Assembly (NCBI GenBank): GCA_041391845.1
Contig: JAWKNG010000008.1
Span: forward strand, 11,962 to 75,961
Reading direction: 5' to 3'
DNA length: 64,000 nucleotides
Origin: Flavobacteriales bacterium
GTDB lineage: Bacteria; Bacteroidota; Bacteroidia; Flavobacteriales_F; PHOS-HE28
Shown here: positions 30,237-40,681 of the stretch, in pieces
Layout of the letters: every line of letters starts with the position of its first letter
How positions within the stretch are numbered: position 1 is the stretch's first letter
The notes under the pieces: generated by a model
The model's database searches: none
What the model was told of the DNA's origin: nothing
What the model saw: only the letters and a program-made list of their open reading frames with translations
Position numbers and translations under genes: made by a program

Positions 30237-31211
30237 ATGCATCCTCCCGTTCGCGCCCTGTCCTTCCTGCTGCTCATGAGCGGCACCTTTGCAGCCTGTG
30301 TGCCCGCTCGGAAATACGAGGAGTCGGAGTCCAGGGTGCGCACCATGCAGGGTGAGGTGGATGCCGCCAATGTCCGGGCGCGGGATGCCCAGGCGGCCTT
30401 GGAGGAGATCACGGCCCGTGATGCAGAGAACACCAAACGGGTGGAGGAGTTGCGCCGTGATACCACCGTACTTGGCACATCGCTACGGCAGATGACCGTA
30501 CAGTACGACAAGATCAATCAGCTGAACAACGAACTGCTTGACAAGTACAACAAGCTTCTGGCCGGTGACCGCAGTGAGAACCGGAAGCTGCTCACCGACC
30601 TGGAAAGCCTGCGGCTCGATCTGATGAACAAGGAGGACTCGGTGAACGCACTTGCGCGTCGGGTAAGCGAAAAGGAGTCTGCCCTGGCCGATCGTGAGGC
30701 CGCTCTGGCCGAACTGCGTGCGGAACTGGCCAGCAAGGATGCGGCCATGCGCGCACTGAAGGATCGTGTGAGCACGGCGCTCACCGGCTTTGAAGGCAAG
30801 GGCCTGACGGTGGAGCAGCGCAATGGTCGCATCTATGTGAGCATGGACAACAAGCTTCTGTTCCCCAGTGGCAGCTACGCCGTGGACGCCAAGGGCCGCG
30901 AGTTGATCGGTAAACTGGCAAAGGCCATCGAGAATGAAGCCGACCTCAACGTTCTGGTGGAGGGGCATACCGACACGGATAAGGTCCAGCCGGGAGGTGC
31001 ACTGAAGGATAACTGGGACCTGAGCGTGCTGCGCGCAACGAGCGTGGTGCGGCTCATACAGGAGACCAGTCGCATGGACCCCGTGCGGGTCACCGCAGCA
31101 GGCCGTGGCGAGCATGTCCCGGTGGACCCCTCGGACAAGGCTCGCAACCGGCGCATCGAGATCATCCTTGCACCTGACCTGAAGGAGTTGTACAACTTGG
31201 TGAAGGAGTGA
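30237..31211 (+). CDS. OmpA-family lipoprotein with a long coiled-coil spacer
   Basis: Lipobox LLLMSGTFAAC, then coiled coil, then a C-terminal OmpA/MotB peptidoglycan-binding domain (…NWDLSVLRATSVVRLIQE…NRRIEIIL). Confidence 0.8.
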   Translation: MHPPVRALSFLLLMSGTFAACVPARKYEESESRVRTMQGEVDAANVRARDAQAALEEITARDAENTKRVEELRRDTTVLGTSLRQMTVQYDKINQLNNELLDKYNKLLAGDRSENRKLLTDLESLRLDLMNKEDSVNALARRVSEKESALADREAALAELRAELASKDAAMRALKDRVSTALTGFEGKGLTVEQRNGRIYVSMDNKLLFPSGSYAVDAKGRELIGKLAKAIENEADLNVLVEGHTDTDKVQPGGALKDNWDLSVLRATSVVRLIQETSRMDPVRVTAAGRGEHVPVDPSDKARNRRIEIILAPDLKELYNLVKE

Positions 31212-31238
31212 CGGCGTCCGTCTCTGCAGCGTCCCGCC

Positions 31239-32438
31239 GTGGTTGATCGGGTGGCCATCATCGGAGGCGGTCCGGCTGGTATGATGGCCGCAGCCACCCT
31301 GGCCCCGCATGTCAGGGTGGACCTCTATGAGCGGCAGCGTACCCTCGGTCGCAAGTTCCTGGTGGCCGGTGCCGGTGGCCTGAACATCACCAATGCCAGT
31401 GAAGGAGACCCCCACTTGGCCCACTACTTGCCGGTGGAACGCATGCGCCCCATCATCGAGGCGTTCGGTCCGGTGGAACTGCGTTCCTGGTTGCGCAGAC
31501 TGGGAGTGGACACCTTCGTGGGGACCAGTGGCCGGGTGTTCCCCCAGCGCAGCCTTCGGCCCGCCGAGGTATTGGGACGCATCCGTGAACACCTGATCGA
31601 AGGAGGCGTCAACCTCCACACTGGCCATGCCTTCATCGGGTTCCGTGCGCAGGCGAGGCCATTGGTGGAGGCGAACGGACAGCAGCTCGCGTTGGAACAT
31701 CCGTTCTGTCTCTTCGCCCTCGGCGGTGCTTCCTGGCCCGTCACGGGATCCACCGGTGATTGGTTGGATCACTTCGAAGCGATCGGGGTGAGGACGGAGC
31801 CCTTCGCCGCCTCCAATTGCGGGGTGGAGGTGCCCTTGCCGGAAGGTCTGCGGGTCCATGCCGGCAAGCCGTTGAAGAACATCCGGGTGAGCGCTGGTCC
31901 GCGTTCGCTGCGCGGTGAGATCACCATCACGGAGCATGGCCTCGAAGGCAATGCGATATACCCGCTCGTGCCTTGGTTGCGTGCAGCACTGCGGACCGAT
32001 GGCAAGGCGGAGCTCCAGATCGACCTGAAGCCCGACCTGACCACGGAGGCCATCGCAGAGAGGCTGTTCTTCACGCAATGGCGGGAGCGGCCGGCGGTCC
32101 TCCGATGGGACCGCACGGCCATGGCCTTCTTCAAGGCGTTCACACCCAAGGAGCATTACCTCGACGGCAACAGGTGGGCGGTCGACCTGAAGAACGTTCG
32201 TGTACCGGTGACAGGCCTTCGTCCGCTTGTTGAGGCCATCAGCACCGTGGGGGGTATCGCCTTGGAGGCTGTCGCGTCCGATCTTTCCCTGCTGCGCCAT
32301 CCGCACTTGTTCGTTGCGGGTGAGATGCTCGACACGGACGCCCCCACGGGTGGTTATCTTCTGCAGGGCGCCTTCGCCATGGGTCACTTCGCAGCACAGG
32401 GCCTGTTGAAGCGGATACGGGAGGAACACACCGATTGA
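31239..32438 (+). CDS. HI0933-family (BaiN-like) NAD(P)/FAD-dependent flavoprotein
   Basis: Rossmann fold VAIIGGGPAGMMAA at the N-terminus; sequence typical of the TIGR03862/HI0933 family. Confidence 0.8.
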   Translation: MVDRVAIIGGGPAGMMAAATLAPHVRVDLYERQRTLGRKFLVAGAGGLNITNASEGDPHLAHYLPVERMRPIIEAFGPVELRSWLRRLGVDTFVGTSGRVFPQRSLRPAEVLGRIREHLIEGGVNLHTGHAFIGFRAQARPLVEANGQQLALEHPFCLFALGGASWPVTGSTGDWLDHFEAIGVRTEPFAASNCGVEVPLPEGLRVHAGKPLKNIRVSAGPRSLRGEITITEHGLEGNAIYPLVPWLRAALRTDGKAELQIDLKPDLTTEAIAERLFFTQWRERPAVLRWDRTAMAFFKAFTPKEHYLDGNRWAVDLKNVRVPVTGLRPLVEAISTVGGIALEAVASDLSLLRHPHLFVAGEMLDTDAPTGGYLLQGAFAMGHFAAQGLLKRIREEHTD

Positions 32439-32649
32439 GCGGGATTCGGAGGCCGTTCGTCGGATCGTGGAAAACTGCTGTACCGGGTGGCTTGCCTGCC
32501 GAGCCGGGACGGATCCTCGACGAACCCGTAGCAATGGGCGCCAGACCCGCCTCGAAGCCGCGAATGGCGCAGGTTCCAGGCAGTGGCGCAACGCATGTGA
32601 TCGGCGGATCTTTGCCCCCCATCCAAGGACGGCGAACCCAGCTAGGACC

Positions 32650-35600
32650 ATGAGAATGATGCGCAATACACTCCACGTGATCGGATCCCTGATGTGGGCC
32701 AATGCGGCCGAACGATCGGAGCGTACAGTGGACCGCCATGGGCATTTGTGGTGGTGGTCGGCGATCATCGCCGCCCTGCTGCTTCCCGCCCTTGCCATGG
32801 CACAGACCAGTTCGGAGCGCGCTTCGGTGCAGCTTTGGGCGACCGTGCAGAGTTCGCCTGCCCGGATAACCCTCAATTGGACCCCCCTCGCGAGCACGAG
32901 TTCCATTACGGTTTACCGAAAGACCCTTGCGGCGAACACATGGGGTGGTGCGTACGCGACCGTCCCCGCTTCCTCCAACCAGTTCCAGGACAATGCGGTG
33001 TCGGTCGGTACCCTTTACGAGTATCGCGTGGTACGTGTGGCTGGTGGAGTGACCGGCAATGGCTACATCGCCACTGGTGTGGAAGTACCGGCCGTTGACA
33101 GCCGGGGCAAGCTCATCCTGCTGGTGGACAACACGATGGCCTCACCGCTGGCGAACGAGATCCAGCAGCTGGAACGCGACCTGCTCGCCGATGGCTGGAC
33201 GGTGCTGCGCAGTGATGTGAGCCGCACAGCTTCGGTGCAGTCCGTGCGCAATACGGTGATGGGCTTGTACAACAGCGACCCTGCCAACGTGAAGGCCCTT
33301 TTCCTTCTTGGTCATGTTCCGGTCCCCTATTCCGGGAACCAAGCGCCCGATGGGCATGGTGAGCATACCGGTGCGTGGCCCTGCGACGGCTATTACGGTG
33401 AGCTCACAGGTTCATGGACCGACAACTCCATCAACAACGCCAACGCGCAACGAGCAGAGAACCGCAATGTACCCGGTGATGGCAAGTTCGACCAGTCCCA
33501 ATTCCCCTCGGACCTCGAGCTTCAGGTGGGTCGCGTTGACCTGTCCGATCTGCCTGCGTTCGGTCAGAGCGAGACGGAGCTGCTTCGGAGCTACTTGAAC
33601 AAGCTGCACTCCTTCAAGGTGAAAGGCTTCACGCCCCAGGAGCGTGGCATCATCTTCGACAACCTCCAATGGGTGTCCAACCCGCTCGCCGCCAGCGGAT
33701 GGCGTTCCATTGCGCCGCTGGTGGGTCCCGCCAACATCACGGCGCCATACCCCTATGGCGAGGCCTTCCACACGTTCGTCAATGGCCAAAGCTACCTGTG
33801 GACCTATTCCAGCGGTGGAGGCCTTCAGGCGTACGTGGGTAGCACGCTCACCTTCAACGGCGCCAACAACATCGGCACCACGGAGACCTATGCCGGAGGG
33901 GTGCAGATGAACGGTGTCTTCAACATGTCCTTCGGCAGCTATTTCGGCGATTGGGACAACACGAACAACTTCCTCCGCGCACCGCTTGCCAGTGGACAAT
34001 GCCTGACCAACTGCTGGGCAGCCATACCTGCGTGGTACTTCCACCACATGGGAATGGGGCTGAACATCGGCTACAGTGCTTGGCGCACGATGAACAATGC
34101 AAGCCTCTACCTGCCGCTCACCGATGGCTGGCAGGGCTCGATCGGCCGCGCTCACCTCGGCCTTATGGGAGACCCGTCGCTGCGCATGCAGATGACGGCG
34201 CCCCCCAGCGATCTGTCCATTGTGAACGCGGGTGGATATGCCGCCTTCAGCTGGACGGCCTCCACAGAGAGCGTGCAGGGCTACCACCTCTACGCCGTCG
34301 ATCCCTCCACCGGCGTTCCCAGCCGGATCACCACCTCTCCGGTCATCGGCACCAGCTACCAACCCGGTACCATCCCATATGTACAGGGCCGTCAGTACAT
34401 GGTCAGGGCCGTGAAGTTGCGCGTTACACAGAGCGGCAGCTATTTCGACCTGTCCCTGGGTGCCATCGGAACGACCGCCGGCGCTGGCTCGGCAACCCTG
34501 GATTGTCAGGGTGTGGCCGGAGGCAGTGCACTCCCGGGAGCCAGTTGTAACGACGGCGATCCCTGCACCATCAACGACAAGTGGAGCGCGAACTGCCAGT
34601 GCATCGGCACGCCTCAGACCACCCAGGTGTCCATCACCCCGGCGGGGTCCACCAGCTTTTGCACGGGTGGCAGCGTGGTGCTGAGCGCCACCACAGGTGC
34701 CGGCTCCACCTACGTGTGGTACCGCAATGGAACGGTGATCGGAGGTGCAACCTCCTCCAGCTACACGGCCACCATGGCGGGCACGTATACCGTACAGCGA
34801 ACGGTGGGGGGATGTGCCGGGCTCTCCGGTGGGGTGAGCGTGACCGTCGGTACGCAACCTGTCGTAAGCATCACAGCTGCGGGCAATACCAGCTTCTGCA
34901 GCGGCGGCAGTGTCGTGCTCAATGCCACCACAGGCAGCGGATCGAGCTACATCTGGTACAGGAACGGAGCGGTCGTCGGGGGGGCCACAGCGTCGAGCTA
35001 TACGGCCACTCAGGCCGGCAGCTACACTGTACAACGCACCGTGAGCGGTTGCAGCGCCATTTCCTCAGCGCTTTCCGTGGTGGTCACCGCGGGTCCCACG
35101 GTGAGCATATCCGCCGCCGGACCCACAAGCTTCTGCAATGGGGGTAGCGTGGTGCTGAACGCCACCACTGGCAGCGGGTCCAGCTATGTCTGGTTCAGGA
35201 ACGGAACAGTGATCGGCGGTGCCACGTCCTCGAGCTACACGGCCACCCAGACCGGTAGCTACACCGTGCAGCGATCGGTGTCCGGTTGCTCAGGAACTTC
35301 CGCTCCCATTGTCGTTAGTGTTGGAGAAGGCGCGGCCACGGTCATCCAGCCCGGTGGGGCCACCACCTTCGCACAAGGGGGCAGCGTGGCGCTCTATGCC
35401 ACGTGGTCCAGTGGGTCGAGCTTCGTTTGGTACCGCAATGGAACAGCCATCACGGGGTCCACGTTCAGCAACACCATCACGGTGAGCGCTGGAGGTAGCT
35501 ACACGGTCGTGCGAACGGTCAACGGCTGCAGTTCCACTTCGCCGGCCTTGAACGTGGTGGTGACGGGCTCCACTGCACTCACCGTTACGGCCAATGGGCC

Positions 35601-36873
35601 CACGACGTTCTGCTCCGGCTCATCGGTGGTGCTGAGCGCAAGTACGGTGAGCGGTGCCACCTACCAATGGCGCAGGAACAACACCAACATTGGAGGAGCC
35701 ACTGCGGCATCCTACACGGCCACGCAGACCGGCAGCTATACAGTGGTGCGGACGGTGTCAGGCTCCATGACCACGTCCAGTGCCGTGGCGGTCACGGTGA
35801 ACCCACTGCCAAGCCTGAGCCTCAGTGCCTCACCTGCCAACGCGACGGTTTCGGTGGTCGCAAGCGGTGCCACGGCACCCTATTCCTACACTTGGAGCAC
35901 CACACCGGTACAGACCACGGCGACCGCTACCGTGACAAGCTCGGGCACCTACAGTGTATCGGTCACGGCCGCCACTGGATGCCGCAGGAGCGGGTCGGTA
36001 AGCATCACCCTGCCCACAGCGGTCAACTGCACCGGTATTCGTGCCGAGTCGCAGGGAACGTGGGGTGCCAACAGCAATGGGTACGATCCGGCCGCTTATA
36101 TGAACAGCAACTTCGCGGCGGCCTTCCCGGCATCCAATTACCTCACCATTGGCTGCGGCAACCGTCTCTTGCGGCTCACCACCGCCGCCGCCGTTGGCGC
36201 CTTCCTGCCTTCCTATGGGTCGATCGGGATGTTGCCTGGTGGAACGCTGACCAACCCCGGTGCGGGATACAGCAACAACCTTGCAGCTGAACTTGTGGCG
36301 CTGAAGCTTTCGATGCGGTTCGATGAAGTGGACCCTTCCTTCAGCCCGAGCGCAGCCATGCTCAAGGACATGGTGATCAGCACCGGCGTTTTTGCCGGGT
36401 GGACCGTGCAGCAGCTGGTCGCGCAGGCTGATGCGGAGATCGGAGGCTGTTCATCGGCTTATGGGCTCAATACGCTCAATTCGGCGTTGCTCAACATCAA
36501 CTACAACTATTACCAGGGCTCTCCGGGCAATGGCTTCCTCACCTGTCCCGCGGCCGCATCCGTCATCGCAATGAACGGGCCGGAGGAGGAGTTGCAGATG
36601 GACTACGAAGAGGCACCGATCGAGCTGCTGCTGTACCCCAACCCGAGCGCAGGACCCTTCACTGTGCGCGTGTCGGGCCTGCAGTCGGAGGAAGCGTTCC
36701 TGATACGCCTGCTCACGATCGATGGCCGCGAGGTGGTGCAGCTCGGCGGTGGCAGTGAAGCCCCGGTGGAAGGGGTGGAGTACCGCCGCGATGAAGCCTT
36801 GGCTCCGGGCATGTACCTCGTGCAGGTGCAGCAAGGTGCGCGTAGTGAAGTGCAGCGGTTGATCGTGCAGTAG
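32650..36873 (+). CDS. large T9SS type A cargo protein (Por_Secre_tail CTD) with at least six tandem Ig-like repeats
   Basis: 1407 aa. Signal peptide WWWSAIIAALLLPALAMAQT. Six tandem ~82-aa repeats (ITPAGSTSFCTGGSVVLSATTGAGSTYVWYRNGTVIGGATSSSYTAT…) that are near-identical at the DNA level. C-terminus LYPNPSAGPFTVRVSG…GMYLVQVQQG…QRLIVQ is a T9SS type A sorting domain. Confidence 0.8.
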   Translation: MRMMRNTLHVIGSLMWANAAERSERTVDRHGHLWWWSAIIAALLLPALAMAQTSSERASVQLWATVQSSPARITLNWTPLASTSSITVYRKTLAANTWGGAYATVPASSNQFQDNAVSVGTLYEYRVVRVAGGVTGNGYIATGVEVPAVDSRGKLILLVDNTMASPLANEIQQLERDLLADGWTVLRSDVSRTASVQSVRNTVMGLYNSDPANVKALFLLGHVPVPYSGNQAPDGHGEHTGAWPCDGYYGELTGSWTDNSINNANAQRAENRNVPGDGKFDQSQFPSDLELQVGRVDLSDLPAFGQSETELLRSYLNKLHSFKVKGFTPQERGIIFDNLQWVSNPLAASGWRSIAPLVGPANITAPYPYGEAFHTFVNGQSYLWTYSSGGGLQAYVGSTLTFNGANNIGTTETYAGGVQMNGVFNMSFGSYFGDWDNTNNFLRAPLASGQCLTNCWAAIPAWYFHHMGMGLNIGYSAWRTMNNASLYLPLTDGWQGSIGRAHLGLMGDPSLRMQMTAPPSDLSIVNAGGYAAFSWTASTESVQGYHLYAVDPSTGVPSRITTSPVIGTSYQPGTIPYVQGRQYMVRAVKLRVTQSGSYFDLSLGAIGTTAGAGSATLDCQGVAGGSALPGASCNDGDPCTINDKWSANCQCIGTPQTTQVSITPAGSTSFCTGGSVVLSATTGAGSTYVWYRNGTVIGGATSSSYTATMAGTYTVQRTVGGCAGLSGGVSVTVGTQPVVSITAAGNTSFCSGGSVVLNATTGSGSSYIWYRNGAVVGGATASSYTATQAGSYTVQRTVSGCSAISSALSVVVTAGPTVSISAAGPTSFCNGGSVVLNATTGSGSSYVWFRNGTVIGGATSSSYTATQTGSYTVQRSVSGCSGTSAPIVVSVGEGAATVIQPGGATTFAQGGSVALYATWSSGSSFVWYRNGTAITGSTFSNTITVSAGGSYTVVRTVNGCSSTSPALNVVVTGSTALTVTANGPTTFCSGSSVVLSASTVSGATYQWRRNNTNIGGATAASYTATQTGSYTVVRTVSGSMTTSSAVAVTVNPLPSLSLSASPANATVSVVASGATAPYSYTWSTTPVQTTATATVTSSGTYSVSVTAATGCRRSGSVSITLPTAVNCTGIRAESQGTWGANSNGYDPAAYMNSNFAAAFPASNYLTIGCGNRLLRLTTAAAVGAFLPSYGSIGMLPGGTLTNPGAGYSNNLAAELVALKLSMRFDEVDPSFSPSAAMLKDMVISTGVFAGWTVQQLVAQADAEIGGCSSAYGLNTLNSALLNINYNYYQGSPGNGFLTCPAAASVIAMNGPEEELQMDYEEAPIELLLYPNPSAGPFTVRVSGLQSEEAFLIRLLTIDGREVVQLGGGSEAPVEGVEYRRDEALAPGMYLVQVQQGARSEVQRLIVQ

Positions 36874-36875
36874 GC

Positions 36876-38270
36876 CTAACCGAAAAGGGCGCCGAGCACC
36901 TCGTTCACCTGGCCCACCTGCACCAGCTCGATGCCCTTGGTGGGGCTGATGCCCTTGGTGCCTCGGGGGAGGAAGATGCGCGCGAAGCCCAGCTTCTGTG
37001 CTTCTGCGATGCGCTGCTCCGTTCGGGTAACGGGGCGGATCTCACCGGTCAGGCCCACCTCACCGCAGAACGCGGTATCCATGGGAATGGCGATGTCGGC
37101 ATTGCTGCTTAGCACCGCGCAGACAACGGCCAGATCGATGGCCGGCTCCTCCACCCGGAAGCCTCCGGCGAGGTTGAGGAACACGTCCTTCTGTCCCAAC
37201 CGGAACCCGCATCGCTTCTCCAGCACGGCCAGTAGCATGTTCATCCGCCGCAGGTCGAAGCCGGTGGCGCTGCGTTGGGGTGTGCCATAGACCGCACTGC
37301 TCACGAGGGCTTGCACTTCGATCAGCAGGGGGCGTTGCCCTTCGAGCGTGGCGCTCACTGCCACACCACTGGGTCGTTCGCGCCGGTCTCCGAGCAGTAC
37401 CTGGCTGGGGTCCTCCACAGCGGCCAGGCCCGTGCCATGCATCTCATAGATGCCGAGCTCGTTTGTGCTGCCGAAGCGGTTCTTCAGTGGGCGCAACAGG
37501 CGGTAAGCATGGTCACGGTCCCCCTCGAACTGCAGCACGCAATCCACCATGTGCTCCAACACCTTCGGCCCCGCGATGAAGCCATCCTTGGTGATGTGCC
37601 CGATCAGTACGAACGGAACATCGCTGGCCTTTGCGAACCGCATGATCTCTGCCGTGCACTCACGCACCTGCCCCACACTGCCCGGACTGGCATCGAGCGA
37701 AGCGGTATGCAACGTCTGCACACTGTCGATCACCACCAGGCCGGGCTCCAGCGCCTCGATATGCTTGAATATGCTCTGCGTGTTGGTCTCGGTAAGGACG
37801 TAACAGCCGCCGTTGACGCCTGCCTCCTGGCTGCTGGCCATGCCTTCCGCAGCGAGCAGCCGCTCCGCCCGCATCTTCACCTGATGCTCGCTCTCCTCTC
37901 CCGAAACATAGAGCGTCCTCAGGTGCGGATTGCGCAATGCGGTCTGCAGCAGCAATGTGCTCTTTCCGATGCCCGGTTCGCCGCCGATGAGCGTGATACT
38001 ACCGGGCACGATGCCACCCCCCAGCACACGCGCCAGCTCTCCATCGGTGACCGGTATGCGCGGGCCGTCCTGCACCGGTATCTCGTGGATGGCCACCGGC
38101 TTGGGATTGCGCCCCTTCACGCTTGCCGGGGTGCCGCGCTTCTCCTCCACGCGGTCGCGCACTTCTTCCACCAGTGTGTTCCACGCCTTGCAGCTGGAAC
38201 ATTGGCCGGTCCATTGGGGGAAGGCGGAGCCACAGCTCTGACAAACGAATTGGGAGCGGACCTTGGCCAT
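36876..38270 (-). CDS. radA: DNA repair protein RadA
   Basis: N-terminal C4 zinc finger (CQSCGSAFPQWTGQCSSC), Walker A GEPGIGKST, the KNRFG motif, and a Lon-like C-terminal domain. Confidence 0.95.
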   Translation of the reverse strand: MAKVRSQFVCQSCGSAFPQWTGQCSSCKAWNTLVEEVRDRVEEKRGTPASVKGRNPKPVAIHEIPVQDGPRIPVTDGELARVLGGGIVPGSITLIGGEPGIGKSTLLLQTALRNPHLRTLYVSGEESEHQVKMRAERLLAAEGMASSQEAGVNGGCYVLTETNTQSIFKHIEALEPGLVVIDSVQTLHTASLDASPGSVGQVRECTAEIMRFAKASDVPFVLIGHITKDGFIAGPKVLEHMVDCVLQFEGDRDHAYRLLRPLKNRFGSTNELGIYEMHGTGLAAVEDPSQVLLGDRRERPSGVAVSATLEGQRPLLIEVQALVSSAVYGTPQRSATGFDLRRMNMLLAVLEKRCGFRLGQKDVFLNLAGGFRVEEPAIDLAVVCAVLSSNADIAIPMDTAFCGEVGLTGEIRPVTRTEQRIAEAQKLGFARIFLPRGTKGISPTKGIELVQVGQVNEVLGALFG

Positions 38271-38274
38271 GGGG

Positions 38275-38772
38275 TCAGTTCAGTTCGGGGCCCGAAGGCG
38301 GGTGGGGGAGCGGGCCGGCAAGTGCTGGCAGGGCGCTGTTCAATTGGGCGAGCCGGTCAAGGCGGTCCTGCAGGAGCCGTTCATCGCGGGTCTCCCAATA
38401 GCCGCCTTCGTCCCGCACCTCCCATGCGGAGAACAGCTGCGCCATCGAAGCCAGAAGCCGTACGAACTGCACATGCACTTCGCGTGGCGCATGTTGGGTC
38501 TTCAAGGACTGCTGCACATGTCCCTCGAGGTCGAAGAGGAGGAAGAGCGGCTCGCAGGCGGGATGCGCTTCCACCACCCATCCGGAGACCGGACCTTCGT
38601 AGGGTTCCACCACGCCATTGCGCATGAAGTAGAGCGCGCCTTCAGGGTCTTCGACCGCACGCACCTCCCATCCGTTCTCCTGGGCGTACGCCTGCACGAT
38701 GCGAAAGACCTTGGGCTGGTCGTGCATGGAACGGAGCTTTCCGGAGAAATGGATGGTGATGCCCATGATCAA
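38275..38772 (-). CDS. hypothetical protein
   Basis: 165-aa ORF tightly packed between radA and rfaE2, only 5 bp from radA; no recognisable domain. Confidence 0.5.
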   Translation of the reverse strand: MIMGITIHFSGKLRSMHDQPKVFRIVQAYAQENGWEVRAVEDPEGALYFMRNGVVEPYEGPVSGWVVEAHPACEPLFLLFDLEGHVQQSLKTQHAPREVHVQFVRLLASMAQLFSAWEVRDEGGYWETRDERLLQDRLDRLAQLNSALPALAGPLPHPPSGPELN

Positions 38773-38799
38773 CGATGGGGCAGCCTGTACCGCCCGGGT

Positions 38800-39303
38800 T
38801 CAGCTTCGGCGGATCTTGTCCACGAGCGCGGTGGTGGAGAACCCCTCCACCAGCTTCAGGCTGTGCACGCTTCCGCCGCGAGCCTTCACCAGCTCGGCGC
38901 CTACGATGCGATCCTCGGACCAGTCACCGCCCTTCACGAGCACATCGGGCCCGAGCGCTTGGATCAGTTCAAGGGGTGTGTCCTGGTCGAAGATGATCAC
39001 GGCATCCACCAGGCGCAGTGCGGAGAGGACCTTGGCCCGGCTCTGCTCATCGTTGAGCGGGCGCTCGGGGCCCTTGTTCTGGTGGCGCACACTGGCGTCG
39101 CTGTTCAGGCCGATCACCAGCCGGTCACCAAGGGCGGCGGCCTCCTGGAGGTATTCCACGTGCCCGCGGTGCAGGATGTCGAAGCACCCGTTGGTGAACA
39201 CGATGCGGTCCCCTTTCATGCGCCAGATATTGCACAGACGCTGCGCCTGCACGAGGTCCACCACGCGCTTGTCGGTCGTTGGTACTGCTTGCTCCACGCT
39301 CAT
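38800..39303 (-). CDS. rfaE2: D-glycero-beta-D-manno-heptose 1-phosphate adenylyltransferase (RfaE domain II, cytidylyltransferase fold)
   Basis: …[19 protein letters not shown]…LVIGLNSD…; the HxGH nucleotidyltransferase motif is present; start checked at the ATG at 39303. Confidence 0.85.
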   Translation of the reverse strand: MSVEQAVPTTDKRVVDLVQAQRLCNIWRMKGDRIVFTNGCFDILHRGHVEYLQEAAALGDRLVIGLNSDASVRHQNKGPERPLNDEQSRAKVLSALRLVDAVIIFDQDTPLELIQALGPDVLVKGGDWSEDRIVGAELVKARGGSVHSLKLVEGFSTTALVDKIRRS

Positions 39304-40325
39304 GCTCCGTGTTGTCGAGGGGTTGGAGCCATCAAAAGTAGCGATAGGCCACCGAGGATGATGACCAGCAGCGTCTGGGCCACCCAGAGCAGCCAGCCGA
39401 GGGCGAGCGCTTCGGGGTGCAGCAGCCCCCCTTCGAGCGGTGCGGGCATGTATACGCTGAGGATGATGGCAACGAAAGCGGGATACACCCCCACGCCCCC
39501 TTGTACCAGCACCACCCCCAAGGTGCCCGCCACAAAGCCCGCGAGCACAGCGGCTGGTGGAAGGACCGCCGTGCTGGGCAGTGCCAGGAAGCCGACCCAG
39601 AACATGGCCACATAGAGCACCCAGATCAGCACGCTGTGACCGATGAACGCGGCGCGATGACGCGTACGCAGCACCGACCGCATGCCGTCCAACAGCCCAT
39701 TGAACGAACGCCTTAGGCGGCTGCGCCATGCGGGGCGGCTGCGCACCAGGTAGAGTCCTGCGGCCAAGCCCACGAACAACGCGGCAGCCAGGAGCCAGAG
39801 CACGCGTTCCAGATCGGTCGTATCCGCCCCACCCTGGCTGTTGCGGAAGGTGGCGATGCGTGAAAGGAACACATCGAGCTTGTCCAACTGGAGCACGACT
39901 GTCACGAATGCAATGATGCCGAGCAGAAGAAGGTCCACGGCACGCTCGGCGAAGATGGTGCCAAGCCCCTGCTCGAAGGGCACGCCCCCGCGCCGCGCCA
40001 GCAGCGCGGCGCGTGTGGCTTCGCCGGCGCGCGGCAGCAGCAGGTTCATGAAATAGCCGCTCATGGTGGCATTGTAGGTCATGAACAACGGGATGCGATG
40101 GCCCAGGGGCTCCAACAGATAACGCCAGCGCCACGCCCGCGCCAGATGGCTGAGGAAGCTGAGGAGCAGTCCCAGGAGCAACCAGCCCCATTGCGCCTGA
40201 CCGAACGCGGCGAAGAGCTGGGCCCGTTGCGGCAGGCTCAGCTGTTGGTAGAAGTAAGTGATGAGCCACACCCCGAGCGCCAGGGGGACCAGCACCTTGA
40301 TCGCGCCGATCACCGTTCTGCCCAT
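39300..40325 (-). CDS. lysylphosphatidylglycerol-synthase-TM-domain (flippase-like, UPF0104) membrane protein
   Basis: 341-aa polytopic membrane protein; the pattern [14 protein letters not shown] matches pfam03706; 4-bp overlap (ATGA) with rfaE2. Confidence 0.7.
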   Translation of the reverse strand: MGRTVIGAIKVLVPLALGVWLITYFYQQLSLPQRAQLFAAFGQAQWGWLLLGLLLSFLSHLARAWRWRYLLEPLGHRIPLFMTYNATMSGYFMNLLLPRAGEATRAALLARRGGVPFEQGLGTIFAERAVDLLLLGIIAFVTVVLQLDKLDVFLSRIATFRNSQGGADTTDLERVLWLLAAALFVGLAAGLYLVRSRPAWRSRLRRSFNGLLDGMRSVLRTRHRAAFIGHSVLIWVLYVAMFWVGFLALPSTAVLPPAAVLAGFVAGTLGVVLVQGGVGVYPAFVAIILSVYMPAPLEGGLLHPEALALGWLLWVAQTLLVIILGGLSLLLMAPTPRQHGA

Positions 40326-40327
40326 GC

Positions 40328-40681
40328 TCAGGGACGCAGGCGGTTCGTGTTCTCGTCGGGGAACACGATGGTGGGGCGGTAGCTTCGGGCCTCTTCCAGG
40401 GTCATGCGGGCGTAGGCCACCACGATGACGATGTCGCCCACGCTGGCCTTGTGCGCGGCAGGTCCGTTGAGGCAGATGGTGCCTGCTCCACGCTCGCCCT
40501 TGATCACGTAGGTCTCCAGGCGCTCGCCGTTGTTCACGTTGAGCACCTGCACCTTTTCACCCTCCACCAAGCCGGCCGCATCGATCAGGTCCTCATCGAT
40601 GGTGATGCTGCCGATGTAGTTCAGGTTCGCTTCGGTGATGCGTACCCGATGCAGCTTCGCGCGAAGCACTTCAATGGTCAT
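40328..40681 (-). CDS. panD: aspartate 1-decarboxylase
   Basis: [32 protein letters not shown]… shows the Gly-Ser pyruvoyl self-cleavage site; 117 aa. Confidence 0.95.
   Translation of the reverse strand: MTIEVLRAKLHRVRITEANLNYIGSITIDEDLIDAAGLVEGEKVQVLNVNNGERLETYVIKGERGAGTICLNGPAAHKASVGDIVIVVAYARMTLEEARSYRPTIVFPDENTNRLRP

Noticed and set aside
34560-35720. Regularly spaced direct repeats that could be mistaken for a CRISPR array
   Set aside because: Repeat units are about 246 bp, they are in-frame coding Ig-like domains, and they have no short unique spacers.
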